From assembly GCA_040954595.2 (NCBI GenBank), contig JBECUI020000026.1:62001-126000 (forward strand): DNA of 64,000 nucleotides, read 5' to 3'. Position numbers and translations under genes: made by a program. This document shows, piece after piece, positions 29,010 through 40,926 of this stretch. The DNA comes from Balanoglossus misakiensis (lineage: Eukaryota > Animalia > Hemichordata). Each line of letters begins with the position of its first letter. Within the stretch, counting starts at the first letter, position 1. The notes below the pieces were generated by a model that saw only the letters and a list, made by a program, of their open reading frames with translations, ran no database searches and had not been told where the DNA came from.

Positions 29010-31545
29010 TGGATTGACCACTGTGTTACCACAAAATTTTTTTATAGCAATGTTCTTTCAATTTCGAGTCTTTGCAATGTTGTTGACTCCGACCATATTC
29101 CTGTTTCAATAGAGGTTCATTTCAACACTTCTGCTGATGAATGCTTCAGCAGTAGTTCCTTCAAGCAATGTAATTTTCGAGTTGATTGGAAAAAATTGTC
29201 ACAGCAGAATATATCCGCCTACACCCGTTGTACCAAAGCCAAGGTTGATAAGATTAATTTATCCGAAGAGTTATTCTGCACTAATGTGAACTGTACATAC
29301 CCTTCGCATTTACAGGCAATTGATACTTGTTATAGTAGTGTTGTGGACGCATTGAATTGTGCTGCAAAAGATACCATTAGGCGTAAGTTTCACCAGAAAG
29401 TTCATGTTGTGCCTGGCTGGAACGATTTTGTAAAAGAAAGTCACGACTATGCCCGTTCCATGTTTTTATTATGGGTTAATGGGGGTAAACCTTAACAAGG
29501 CCCGCTTTTTGAAACCATGAAATCTTCCAGAGCTCGTTTTAAGTATGCTTTACGTGCTTGTAAAAAGATTGAGAATCAAAATAGGGCTGACAAGATGGCT
29601 GACAATTTACGCTGCCACAAACAGAACGACTTCTGGAAGGAAGTCAGAAAGCAAACTAGCAGAAAAATGCCGCTTTCTGACACTGTAGGTGGAGCGACTG
29701 GTGAGAGTGAAATTGCAATTATGTGGCACAAGCATTTCAGTGATATTTTGAATTCTGTCCAGGCTCAGACTGGTAAAAATGACATCGAGGAGAAAATGAA
29801 GTATGTTAAATTTTCTTCTGATATGTATGTTTCTGAAGAAGAAGTAATTTCTGCTATACATAAGTTACCTGACGATAAGACAGCTGGCATTGACAATATT
29901 TCAGCTGAGCACCTCAAATTCTCAGACTCCTCTATTTTACCCATTTTGACTTGATTGTTCATGGTTACCTGCAAACTGAGGCTATCAACGTTATTTTAGT
30001 TCCAATTAAGGATAAAACTAAGCTTTGTAGTGATGCCAGTAACTACCGGCCGATAGCACTAGCAACTGTTTTCTCTAAAGTTTTTGAGCCTATTTTACTT
30101 TCTCGTTGTGAGGAGTTTCTTACCTCTCATTATTTACAATTTGGTTTCAAGCGAGAACATTCAACTGACCTGTGTTTATTTGCATTTAAAGAAATCATTA
30201 GCTACTACACCAGCAATGGAAGACCAGTGTTTACTTGTTTTCTGGATGCTTCAAAAGCTTTTGACAGAGTTAATCACTTTAAACTGGTTAACAAGCTCAT
30301 CGACAGGAATGTTCCCTTGTATGCTGTACGAATTTTATATTAAAGGTCCCATGCCATGCCCTATACAACCACGCGTAAAATCACTATTTGGGTCTTGAAG
30401 TTAACGTATGTTACTATCTTGCAATGCGTTTTGCCCCTTGTGCTTAGATAACAAGCAAGTAAAAGTGGCGGGTGGGCGTGTACCCCTAACCCAACTCAGT
30501 CGATTTTTTTTGGCTTTTCGAAGTTAAGCCGAAGACTTATCTTGATGTGGACAAATAGTCTTTCACACCTTTGTAAATCCTCTGCCTGCAATGTGAGGCA
30601 AGGGCTTCCTTTGCTTTGAACACTGTTTATATAGCTTATCTTTGTCTGTGGACTTAATTACTCATGGACCGATAATTACACTTTACTGTAAACAGAATGG
30701 TACACTACGACATAGTGTACTTGTTTGTCCATATGCAAATACCTTCGCCTGGCTCGAGTGCGAAGTGGCTCCCCGATCACAGGCATGAAAAAAGGTGGCA
30801 AATTCCGGCATTCGTGCACATTTTTCGGAACCGTCACAATAGGCAATGCATAGACAGGTACCCTAGGTGAGCTTTTGACGTGGAAAAATGAAAACTTTCC
30901 AAAGCATGACATGTGACCTTTAATGGTACAGAAATCAATTGTTTACTGTGTTGTGGGGTAATGAAACCTCAGAGTTGTTTTCTGTTTCTAACGGTGTAAG
31001 ACAAGGGGGAGTACTCTCTCCCTATCTTTTTAATGTCTACATTGATGATCTTATCAATGCACTCTGTAAAGCCAAAGTTGGCTGTACCATGTGTGGTGTC
31101 AGCGCTAACACTTTAGGTTACGCTGACGACATGACTCTACTCAGTCCAAGTATTAAGGGTCTACACCGTCTTCTTAGAATTTGTGAAATTTATGGCAATG
31201 ATTATGATATAATTTATAATTCTAGTAAAACTGTGTGCATGCTTTTTAATGGGAAGAATATGAGCGTTCAAAGAATTCCTTCGGTTAAACTTAATGACAT
31301 CACTTTAAAGTTTGTACCTGTACACACCTATCTGGGCCATGTTATATCTTGTGAGGGTTGTGATAATGAAGATATTGAACGACAGAGAAGAGCATTTTGT
31401 GTTAGAGCAAACATGCTATTGAGACATTTTCAACATTTTAGTCAAGATGTGAAGAAAGTTTTATTTTTGGCATATTGTAGTAATATTTACTGTTGCAATT
31501 TGTGGGCATCCTTTAAAGTAAAACCGATGAAAAAATTTAAAACAG
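29010..31545 (+). pseudogene. Truncated non-LTR retrotransposon ORF2 (end of APE endonuclease + reverse transcriptase), probably RTE-X-like; disabled by stops/frameshifts and split by an insertion at 30344-30919
   Basis: WIDHC (29010) and SDHIP (29088) endonuclease motifs; NYRPIAL, QFGFK, FLDASKAFDRVNH, GVRQGGVLSPYLF, YADD and TYLG RT motifs. The clade call is from recalled similarity of the PGWN..V / RANMLLR.F segments and is not verified. Confidence 0.93.
30344..30919. mobile_element. Non-autonomous Kolobok-type DNA transposon (576 bp) inserted in the LINE RT
   Basis: TTAA at 30340-30343 and 30920-30923. TIRs AGGTCCCATGCCATGC / GCATGACATGTGACCT match at 14/16. Removing the element restores RT colinearity. 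Confidence 0.92.
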
Positions 31546-31759
31546 TGGACTTTGACCCTAAGTCGCTAATGTTGTGGGAGGTTTCATTAGCATTGTAGTC
31601 ACATGTAGTGGATAGTAGTTTGGGAAATTGGCTGAAATACGTCAGCAGACCAGTGATTTTCTTGCACGACAGGAGTATGGTACCAGCAATAATCAGAGAT
31701 CAGGCTTCGTTGCCGTTCAAAAGTTCCTACTTCAGTCGTGATGTTGCAACTGGACGTTC

Positions 31760-33615
31760 AGTATGGGGGTCGGCCCGCAGGTGGCCGTGTGGGTTATCAG
31801 GTCGCCCGTAACGGCACGCAGCTACATGCAGCTGTATGGGACTAAAATAATACACCCGATTCGGGTGTCACCTGTGACACCTGCATAACTCAATAATTAT
31901 GTGCATGCGTAATTGTGGGGTCAATGAAAGGGGTGGTAGCGTGCTATTTGTTGCACATGGATCAATATGAAGTCCGATTTTCCCGTCAAGTTGTGGGCGA
32001 CCTTATGTGACCTTTCACCTACTTTTGCTTAGTGAGCATCCACAGCAGATGCATGCAGCTTTGGCTTGGGAGGGGGGGGGCATATACGGATGGGACCATA
32101 ATGATATACCAAAGGCGGGGTCGTCTGTTGCACCTGCCTAAGTCATTGATTTTGTACATTTAATTAGACACTAACCAACAGGGCGATAGGTGTGGTTTTT
32201 GTTCCACAGGGACGAATGTAAGTGTCAGTTGGTTTTTGCCCAAATGTCCATTGAGGCCTGTATCCGTGATCTTAAGGACTGGATGACCCAAAACAAGCTT
32301 CAACTCAACGACTCCAAAAACTGAGATTCTACTTATTCGTTCACAATTTCATCACTCTGCTGATGCTATTGACAAGATTACCATTGGTTCAAGCTCTGTT
32401 CCCGTCGTTAAATCAGCTCGCAATATTGGTGTAATATTTGACAATACGCACATGTATAAAGATCACATCAAGAAAACTTGTCAATCAATATATTACCACT
32501 TTCGCCGTGTCGGACAAATCAGGAAATTTCTTAACAAAGCAACATGTCAAACAGTGATTCATGCTATTTTGGCAGCGAAACTCGACTATGGTAATGCATT
32601 ACTGTATGGTATACCAGAACGCAGTCTGAACCTTCTACAACGCACACAAAATACAGCTGCAAGAATCATAACTCGGTCCAGGAAGTCTGCCCATATAACG
32701 CCAGTTCTTCAACTTCTTCATTGGTTACCAGTTCGCCACAGGATAGAGTATAAAATAAATCTGCTCACATACAAAGCCTTAAATAATCTCGCTCCGAACT
32801 ATATCCGCGATCTCATTCGGACATATTCTCCTGGTCGCAGGCTTCGTTCAGCTAATAAGAGCCTTTTATGCACTACAATGTACAAACGTTCTTCATACGG
32901 TGGCCGAGCATTCTCTCATGCTGCAACGAAACTGTGGAACATTCGTCAAGCTCCAAGTTTGAGTATCTTTAAGAAAAGACTGAAGACGCATTATTTTGCA
33001 AGAGCATATGGTGTGGGCCAATGAGCACAAGCGCCTTTGAGTATGACACTTGTTATAGATACTGGCGCTATACAAATTTCTCTGATTGATTGATTGATTG
33101 ATGTATAAGGTGATTTGGATGACCTCTGTCATACAGTGCCATATCTCATCCCGTTGTACAGGTGCAGCTTTGGTATTTGGAGGGATGAAACTATCATGAA
33201 ATGCCAAATACAGGGGGATACCTTTGACACCTGCTTGATTCATGTATTACGTGCATACCTAATGTTAGGCAAAGTGAAAGGGCTGCAAATGTAGGATTTG
33301 TTGCACAAGACATAAACAGGAATGAAATTTTTCTGTCAAATTTTTGAATGACCTCAGGTGTCCATTGACCTGCTTTCCATATGTTAACATGCACATCATA
33401 TATAGCCACGTGTTTGGAGGGGTAGGGTAGGACCGTCATGAAATGCTAAATTCCTAGGGCCACCTGTAACTTACTTGCGTAACTCATTATTATGGCCATA
33501 CCTAATTTTAAAAACCCAAAGGGCGAGAATTTTCCGTTGTCTTGAATATGAACCAAATAGGAATCCAAATTTTTGGCCCAATTTTTGGGTACCCTCAGCT
33601 GACCTTTGAAGTACT
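31760..33615. repeat. Old degenerate tandem repeat, ~250-bp unit, interrupted by the L2 fragment
   Basis: Recurring CACCTG...TCA.T.ATT...TAAT...AAAGGG...TTTGTT(G/C)CACA near 31876, 32130, 33226 and 33461. Spacing fits once the ~860-bp LINE is removed. Confidence 0.55.
32246..33102 (+). pseudogene. 5'-truncated L2-clade LINE (RT C-terminus + 3' UTR + microsatellite tail)
   Basis: DWMTQNKLQLNDSK/TE (frameshift), RNIGVIFD, KLDYGNALL, LQRTQNTAARII, HITPVLQLLHWLPV, GGRAFS, FKKRLKTHYF. The 3' AGCGCC...GGCGCT stem is followed by a (GATT)n tail. Confidence 0.93.
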
Positions 33616-33911
33616 TAACTGAAGTCCTTACATAACGTAGAAGTTCACTTGTGGTTGTTGTGTTTGTACTTGTAGGACATCCATTTCGGGTGGTTGCCTA
33701 CTTCCCCATATCTCCACATCCAGAGCAAATACAGCCTACGCAATTGAATGGTACAACCCTGAATGGAGTCTAATGGTTATTATCTCTATGCTTGGGCCCC
33801 TTCAATGCTGCTTGTAGCTTTAATTATTACTATTATTATTGTCACGATATAAAGACACCAACTAAAAACTTACAAAATCACAATGTCTTCACAACTCAAA
33901 ATTTCACTCAC

Positions 33912-35003
33912 TTCTTTTAGTTTGGTAGCCACCCCTCCTTTCTGTCCTAGCATAACAGGAGCACCATCACTGCCCAAAGCAGACAGACGATCTCTTAAGA
34001 CAATACCATTCTCTGAAGAAAACTCTTTTACTGACTGTGCAATGGTGTCTGCTCTGCCATCACCAACCTAAAACAGTGAAAATAAAACCTTGATGTTAAC
34101 ACATGCAATGTACAACTCAATGTTTGTCTCACCTGAAATAACTAGTCAGCAAAATCAATTAAATGAGGTCACTCAAAAACATGTTTAATCGTATGTTTTT
34201 AATTCAGTGTAGACTTAAAAATTGAAAAACTTTCCACTTACTTCTTTAACTCCAAGGAAAGACACAACTGACTTCCCAGACTTCAAGGTGTACTTGGAAT
34301 AGATGATTAATTGCTTCAATACAGCCACATCAGTTGTTTTCATCTATTAACAGTGAATAGAAGTTACTTCCTTTCATCTTCTCTAAAATCTCATCACGGA
34401 TGACTTTGCCTGAAAAATGAAATAAATGAAAATTACTCTTCAGATTAAACTTATCAAAATTCACAGTAATTTGTACAGTAATTATTATTTATTGAGTGTA
34501 ACACTATTGCTTAAACAGTGATCCTTTCTTGAAAACAACCAGGTTTAAATAAATGTTACTACATTGCCTACAATTTAGATCTGCACAAAAATCAGTAGAC
34601 CTACTTACCAATGCAATAAACCATTATAGTTGTGGTCATCACTGCTGAGAGTACCAAGGAATGAACACCCGAGGGACTTTGCCAATTCCAAAACATGGAT
34701 GAAGTTGGTGGTGTGCGGCAATTCTCTGTGCATGAGAAAATACATGCATCGTAGGACGCCGATGCATGAAGGCTTGCGTCTCAAAGGTGATGACCTTGTC
34801 AAATGCAGCCACAAGACCGCTGCTGTTCTCGATAACTGCTGCCTCGGCGTCAAGCTGCATTGCCGCCCGGTCGATAATCGTCTCTTCATGCTGCTTGAGT
34901 TTGTCTTCGCGAAGGGTGGTACATGTACATGGAGATGTTGTAACCCAAGTCCCTCCGCACTTGGCCTTCTGCTTGTGTTTTGTACAAAGGCGACAAAACA
35001 TCC
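33912..35003 (-). pseudogene. Intron-containing hAT-superfamily (ZNF862-like) transposase pseudogene; exons 35003-34609, 34409-34242, 34067-33912
   Basis: TTF-type Zn-finger remnant MFCRLC...WV..PC; LRCMYFL..ELPHTTNF; FYSLLIDE/TTDVAVLKQL (first catalytic D, +1 frameshift); LGSDGAPVMLGQKGGV (second D). Canonical ttag/tcag acceptors and GTAAGT/GTGAGT donors. Confidence 0.88.
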
Positions 35004-36087
35004 CTAAACTGAATAAATATCATTCTCTCAAATGCCAGCCGCATGCGGGAGCGTGCACCAGAAACAATAAATATTTACCAAGGCGGGAATGAAAAGAAAG
35101 CAGGGCGGCGCGTAAGATAGCAGGGTGGCAAAAAATAAAGGAGGGCGGGTCTGCCCAGCTAACCCCCCCCCCCCAAAGTATTAACGCTCTGTGTTTACCA
35201 TATACTAATAGTGTCTCAAATTTTACCCTGTGTGAACCTGGTAAGAGACGTGTCTCAAATCTGAGAAGATTCAGGACCACTTAAACCATTCACCAATAAT
35301 AATTTATGCCAGTATTTGATCTGAGACGTTTTAGCAATTTCTTGTGTGACCCCCATATCAGTTGAAGCTGACAAATCCAGTATTTTGAATTTTTACATGG
35401 ATTTTGTATACAGTGTGAATTGTAATTAAAGCTCCATTACCTTTACCTTTTTCCTATGTTTTCAGTATCTTTGTTTAGCAGTTTCTTGTGCAAATTCCCG
35501 AAACATGATGAAACATATATGTGTATGGTCAGCATTGTTATTGTGCCAAATTGGAATTTAAGTCCAGACTAGAATCCATGAATTATTGTCAACAATGACA
35601 ATGGCCATTATACACATACATTCTGTGCTGACAAGTAACAATCTGTGTGGAGTAGAACATGAAATCGCATTTGCTACATAGAACAAAAATACTGGAAATA
35701 AAGCCAAAAGATACAACGAATGTATATTTAACTTTAACTGCATTCTCATTCTCATCTGTATATATTTTACTGAGATTGTTTCATCAGGGTTTATCAGTAT
35801 TCTAAACCAGCTTATGTGTGCATACAATCTGATTAAAATCAGATGTAGGGTACGGCGACGTCTTTTACTTCGCAGTACGGTATTCTTATACTGTCGCCTC
35901 ACACTACATCTGACCAACTCCCATAGAAGCTCCCGTTGAAAACTCTAGTAAACCAATCAGACGGTGCCTTATAGAGAACTTTAGGTATCCTTCAGTTTTG
36001 ATTGACATAACGTGCAATCTGATTGGCTTGGCCGCAACGGGACGTTGAACAAGCTTCTATATCTGATTCATATAATACTGAAAGGGT

Positions 36088-37035
36088 TAAGAATGGCACA
36101 CACTACATGTATGAGCTCATGGAATGTGTTTCTTCCCATAGGATAACATTAAGAATTGATAGAAAACCCTTTTCTACTATTGTAATTTTAAGAAGTTTCA
36201 CTCATAACTCATCCAAATGAAATTAAATTGAGTGATTCATATAAGTTGTAGGCTCACCACTGTGCTCAGTTTTGAGATAAACTTAAATGTGTCCATGCCT
36301 ATAGAAAAATAACATAGAAAGACCTATGGTGAAAAATGTTGACTTTAATTCAGGCTGCATTAGTGGAAAAATAATCATACTTTGTCTGGCATAGAAACTC
36401 AGAATCTACAAAAAAGGCCTTTAAAACATGAATGGAAATGAAAATACTGCTACAATAAGAAATTCTTACCTTGAATAAAGTATTTATTGGTACCACCACT
36501 TCCATAAAGAAACCACTTTGCTGGTGTAATGAGTTGTCAATCTGGGTTTGCTCATTGGCCTTGCTTTGAGTTCCAATTCATGATGATGGTGTATTAGGAC
36601 ACTGGACTTGAAACAGGTGTATGCTGGTATTATACACGTTGAAAGTATTGTCATTCTTTTAATTGTGGATTTTTGGATTATGCTGTGTATGTATAATGAG
36701 AATCCGTTAAAAATTGTAGGGGTCATTGCCCTTTTTAAAAAAAATACAGAGCCATGAATTTAGTTGATAATAGAAGAAATTTGCTGTCTCAGCATTTTTC
36801 ACCAATGGTTTGTCTATTGGCGAAGATTTTAACGCAATTTATCTCATAATAGAGCTTGGTGACCACATAATTTTTTTTGACCAATGAATTTACGTTTACT
36901 TGTCTGAGCTATGTGTAAAATTTCGTGAAAAAGTCAATAGTAGAAGTTTGTTTTCTGGCAATTATCGATGTAATCCTTTCAGGAACAGACACACATGCAC
37001 TGTTTATCAGTTTATGTTGTGCGTGTACATCCTTA
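36088..37035. mobile_element. Two oppositely oriented diverged copies of family B (or one old element with long TIRs)
   Basis: 36131-36345 (+) and 36788-37031 (-) both align by eye to 27011-27184; outer ends TTAAGAATGGCACAC and GTGTACATCCTTAA. Confidence 0.5.
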
Positions 37036-37078
37036 AATGGTATTTGCCTCTCATGCCTTCCAAATTGTGATTCTGTTC

Positions 37079-37316
37079 TAGTGTTTTTGTTAAGGGCGGT
37101 ACCTAGATAAAATCTACCGGAGTACCCCAGTCACTCCGAATTCAAACAACAGAACAAGGCCAATGTCACAGTGGTCAGGCAGTCTACCAGAGTTCCCCAG
37201 TCATTTTACCGGGGTTCCCCTGGGTGTATCAATGTGGTTATATTAGGAGGTTATAGGAATATTAACGGGGTTCCCAAATCCATTACCAGTGTTCCCCGAC
37301 CTTTGCAAAAACACTG
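37079..37316. mobile_element. hAT-like MITE (238 bp) with a 5-bp target duplication (hAT5-type)
   Basis: TIRs TAGTGTTTTTGT / GCAAAAACACTG; TGTTC at 37074-37078 and 37317-37321; about five internal TACCRGRGTTCCCC-like repeats. Confidence 0.75.
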
Positions 37317-37337
37317 TGTTCTTTTTATCCTCCACAG

Positions 37338-37826
37338 GAAGAGACAAAGAAAAGCATAGCAACCTCTGCTGATACTGCCACAACAAGCACAAGCACAAAC
37401 ACACCCCAGCCTGTAGCTTCTGCGAACCAACAACCCCCACCCTATCCAGCCGCAGCATACCAGCAACACTTCCAGCAGATGTCATACCCGAACCCATTCG
37501 TGTCTCAGTACGCTGCGTTTGCAGGAGCCGGACAGCCGCCACGACACAGAGATGCGGCATCGAACAACGACAACACCGTTCAACCGCCAGCCGATGCAAC
37601 ACCCCAGGCAGATGTCAACACTCCCCTAGCACCAGAACCTGCAACTGCCAACACAGAAAACACCCCCAGAGAAATGCCAATGACAATGCTACCACAGAGA
37701 CAAACATACGACAAAGAAATGTCAGCCAGCAAGGGTATGAGCAACCCAGAAGAAGAAACGACACACTATCAAATCAGAATAATCGCCAGATACGTCAGCA
37801 AGAAAATAGTAATTCTTTCGTGTTGA
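37338..37826 (+). CDS. Probable host protein-coding exon, low-complexity P/T/A/Q-rich with a PPPY motif; ends either at donor 37734 (AAGG|GTATGA) or at the stop at 37826
   Basis: Strong acceptor ctttttatcctccacag|GAA. The frame is open from 37338 (EETKKSIATSADTATTSTSTNTPQPVASANQQPPPYPAAAYQQHFQQ) into ORF 37479..37826. GC content is elevated over the flanks and there are no TE motifs. Confidence 0.65.
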   Translation, partial: EETKKSIATSADTATTSTSTNTPQPVASANQQPPPYPAAAYQQHFQQMSYPNPFVSQYAAFAGAGQPPRHRDAASNNDNTVQPPADATPQADVNTPLAPEPATANTENTPREMPMTMLPQRQTYDKEMSASKGMSNPEEETTHYQIRIIARYVSKKIVILSC

Positions 37827-38538
37827 TAGTGCTGTTGAGTCTATAGCCTTAGCAGCTCTTATGTTGAGACGATTATTCATTACATACGAGTTTAAATTTG
37901 ATTATAATGTGTAGTTTATGAAAATATTTAATTAATTCACAACTGATGACAGGTCAAATGTTATTATTTTCCTCGAGTTTTCATACACATCTGGAATGTT
38001 GTCTATATCTTAACAAAAACTATTGTTGAAAAGTCCTGGTGAAAAATCAAGCCAGCCATTATTTATTGTATTGAAATAGATGGGGGGAGGCACAATGAAA
38101 ATGGCATATGTTTAGCCTATAGATTTCTGGAAACCACTGGTGAACTCGCTGATAGTACTGAGCAATCTGAATGATATGAACATAGTGGTTATTTGGTTGT
38201 AGATACAAGACCTCTCTGCAAAATTTTCCTCAAAGAGGTTTTAAATCCGTAACCAAATATAAGCGCACACCATTTATAATGTCATTATATATAATATGAT
38301 TTTGTGTGATAAAAAATCTGATGTTTGGATTTTAAGTATTACATGCCAGAAAGGCCTCGTTGCTCACTGCTCATGAAAATGCCACTTGTACAAACATGTT
38401 CTAGAATTTCTTAAGTAGAGCGCCCTGATGCCCATGACCAATCCAAGTTAATAAATTGTGTTCTATTCAGATGCATTCTCTTTTGTGTATTTTATTTCAG
38501 TTATTTACTGTTCAGGTCTTCTAGTAGAGAATGTTATG

Positions 38539-38940
38539 ACAGAACCCCATGGCTCGATCGTGCAAGCACGGCGTAACGGTAGTATTTGCATCGAGTGTCT
38601 GGCGGTGTATTCTTGCGCCCGTCCCCCGCACTCGCTGTCGCTCGTGCGGGGGGCAGCAAGAATACACCGCCAGCACGATTGCAAATACTACCGGTACGCC
38701 GTGCTTGCACGATTGAGCCATGGGGTTCTGTTTTTATTACATATGTTCATCCCATTTTGAAAAAAAGACCGAAAATGAAAGAAATGAGACCGCGGAATGA
38801 TATTGCTTGTTTCGTGAACAGGCCACTCATTTGCATACAGGTATAGCATAATGTTTTTGGTATTGCACTGAGTGCAAATACCGATGTTACGCGCGCGCTC
38901 GGTGCAAGTAATCGACGGTACATATGTAATAAAAACCCTT
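38539..38940. mobile_element. GC/CpG-rich palindromic non-autonomous element (possibly Crypton-type)
   Basis: Near-perfect inverted repeat 38539-38731 centred on CTCGCTGTCGCTCG; second inverted pair TTTTTATTACATATGT (~38731) / ACATATGTAATAAAAA (~38920). Confidence 0.6.
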
Positions 38941-40431
38941 GCTTCAACCAATTACAGAGCTTCAATCAGACCAAGTAAACCCTGGTATTATAAATTTATG
39001 ATCTATGTTATACAGGTATAGGACATTTTGTCTTTCACCATGTTTACACTGGGTAAAATGAGAAACATTTCAGATACCAGGTTCAGGCAGGGAAAAATTT
39101 GAGACACTATTTGCCTATGGTAAACACAGAGCATTAATCCTTTGAGTCGTTTGTGTCCACACACACAAAGTTTATGTATAGGCACTGCGAGGCTCGGCCC
39201 CATAGACAATGGGTTGCGAAGAGGTGTTAATCATTACACCGGATCAGGTCTGGCTGGCAAAACCGTCTCAAATCTGAAACGTTCCAGGAAGACTTTAATT
39301 GTTCACAAAGTATTTTTTATGTCAATGTTTGAGTTGAGATGTTTCAGAAAACTTTCAATGGTCCCTATGTGAATGCCCTATTTTTAGTTCCTTTGTGTTG
39401 TATGTACAAACACATACAAGTTTCAGCTTTAGGGATCAGTCAGAGCATATTATCAAGCAGTCTGTCTATCGGTTGCTATGTGTGTGTGTGTCTCATCTCC
39501 ACAAAAATATGTAGCACTACATGTACTTCATGAATCACAATATACACACAGTGACTGGCTGTGAGGGTAACATGTGGATGACATGATGGTGTTATAATGC
39601 TATTAAGTGCAAATGTAAAACCTGGACTACAGGCAAGATTTTTGAAAGGACGGTAAATGTTGATGCAAAGAATGTTTGAGTCAGCCTATGCACGTGAACT
39701 CAAATATACAGAAAAATTTACAAATCTTAAAGTAACATTTTCATATGGAATTGTGTACTTTTGAAAATCATTTCAAAATCATGTTATAGACTTGTTGAAA
39801 GACTGTTGACTACATCTGATTAAAAAGAAACATGAAATTCAAGCAATAACCAGTTTTTTACTTCTCTCTTGTACATAATCATCATGACATGATCAATAGG
39901 TCATTTTCATGATCCCTATGTGACTTCTTGACTTGCATATTCATTGGAATGAATCCTCTATTTTGAATTAAAACTCTGTAAGTGCCAATAATATTCACTA
40001 ATTTGAATTCCCATTTTGATCTATTTTTTGAAAAACTTTTCGCCATGTATAGCTCGCACTATTTCTACAAAACAGGGACAAATTGGCTGAATTTCCAATG
40101 TTGTGTTAACTGTTTTATTAATCATGAGGAAAAAGCGCCGGGCTTATAACTTCCACGGGCGCGCCCAACATTATTTGGGCGATACCATTTTGTGGTAGGT
40201 GTCACTGGCAAACATGCACCGGACTTCTGATTTATATACTATATGTACTAGGGTCTCACTTGTTGCAACAGTGTTAAAGAAATCAAACGGTTTTGTTTTG
40301 GCCGGTAAACACCGATGGATTCACTCTTAAGTCCATCGTGCATCCAAACGCAGTCGAGTCGGTTCGGTCATTGTTTATGCGACAGTAAATGCCAAATGTG
40401 ACAGAAGCATCATATTAAATGAGATAGAATA

Positions 40432-40484
40432 CACAAACAAACAAAGATACGAATAAACAAACAGGCAAACAAACAAACAAACAA
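40432..40484. repeat. Degenerate (AAAC)n microsatellite
   Basis: acaaacaaacaaag...aaacaaacaaacaaacaac. Confidence 0.8.
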
Positions 40485-40490
40485 CCATGA

Positions 40491-40732
40491 AGGACTGTTC
40501 AGAATTTACTTCCAAGTTGGGGATGGAGGATTTTTTATTTTCCTGGTGATTTTTTCCCATGGTCTCCCCTAGTAAATATGTGGTCCCCCCTTAAATTTCC
40601 TGGGGATTTTCCATGGTCCCCCTATTGTGACTTTTATGTCTAGTCTCCCCTAATTTGTCTTGGAGAAAATGGGTGGTCCCCCCCCCCCTCTGAAAATTCT
40701 CCGCCCCCTGGAAGTAAATTCTGAACAGTCCC
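40491..40732. mobile_element. PIF/Harbinger-type MITE (242 bp)
   Basis: 24-bp TIRs AGGACTGTTCAGAATTTACTTCCA / TGGAAGTAAATTCTGAACAGTCCC; flanks TGA / TTA (a TWA-like 3-bp target with one mismatch). Confidence 0.8.
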
Positions 40733-40926
40733 TTATTAAAGCCAACAGCTAGCACCCTGGCTTCTCTGCCAGAGGAGCGATAACATCGACAAAATGCAGA
40801 TACACAAGAAATGAGCACTTTATTCCACAAGTGAAGTAGTCTGTTCCCTGCCCCATTCCCACCGCTGGCTGCGCCCTTGAGCGTAGCGCCGATGGCAGTG
40901 GGAATGGGGCAGGGGACCTAGTCCAG

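Noticed and set aside
30344-30352. AGGTCCCAT shared by the Kolobok TIR and the HINE head hairpin
   Set aside because: Only a 9-bp match, the other TIR reads AGGTCACAT, and the architectures differ.
32210-32217. 8-nt micro-exon (ttccacag|GGACGAAT|gtaagt)
   Set aside because: It lies in a unit of the degenerate ~250-bp repeat whose siblings read TTTGTTGCACA, and its length is not a multiple of 3; probably chance.
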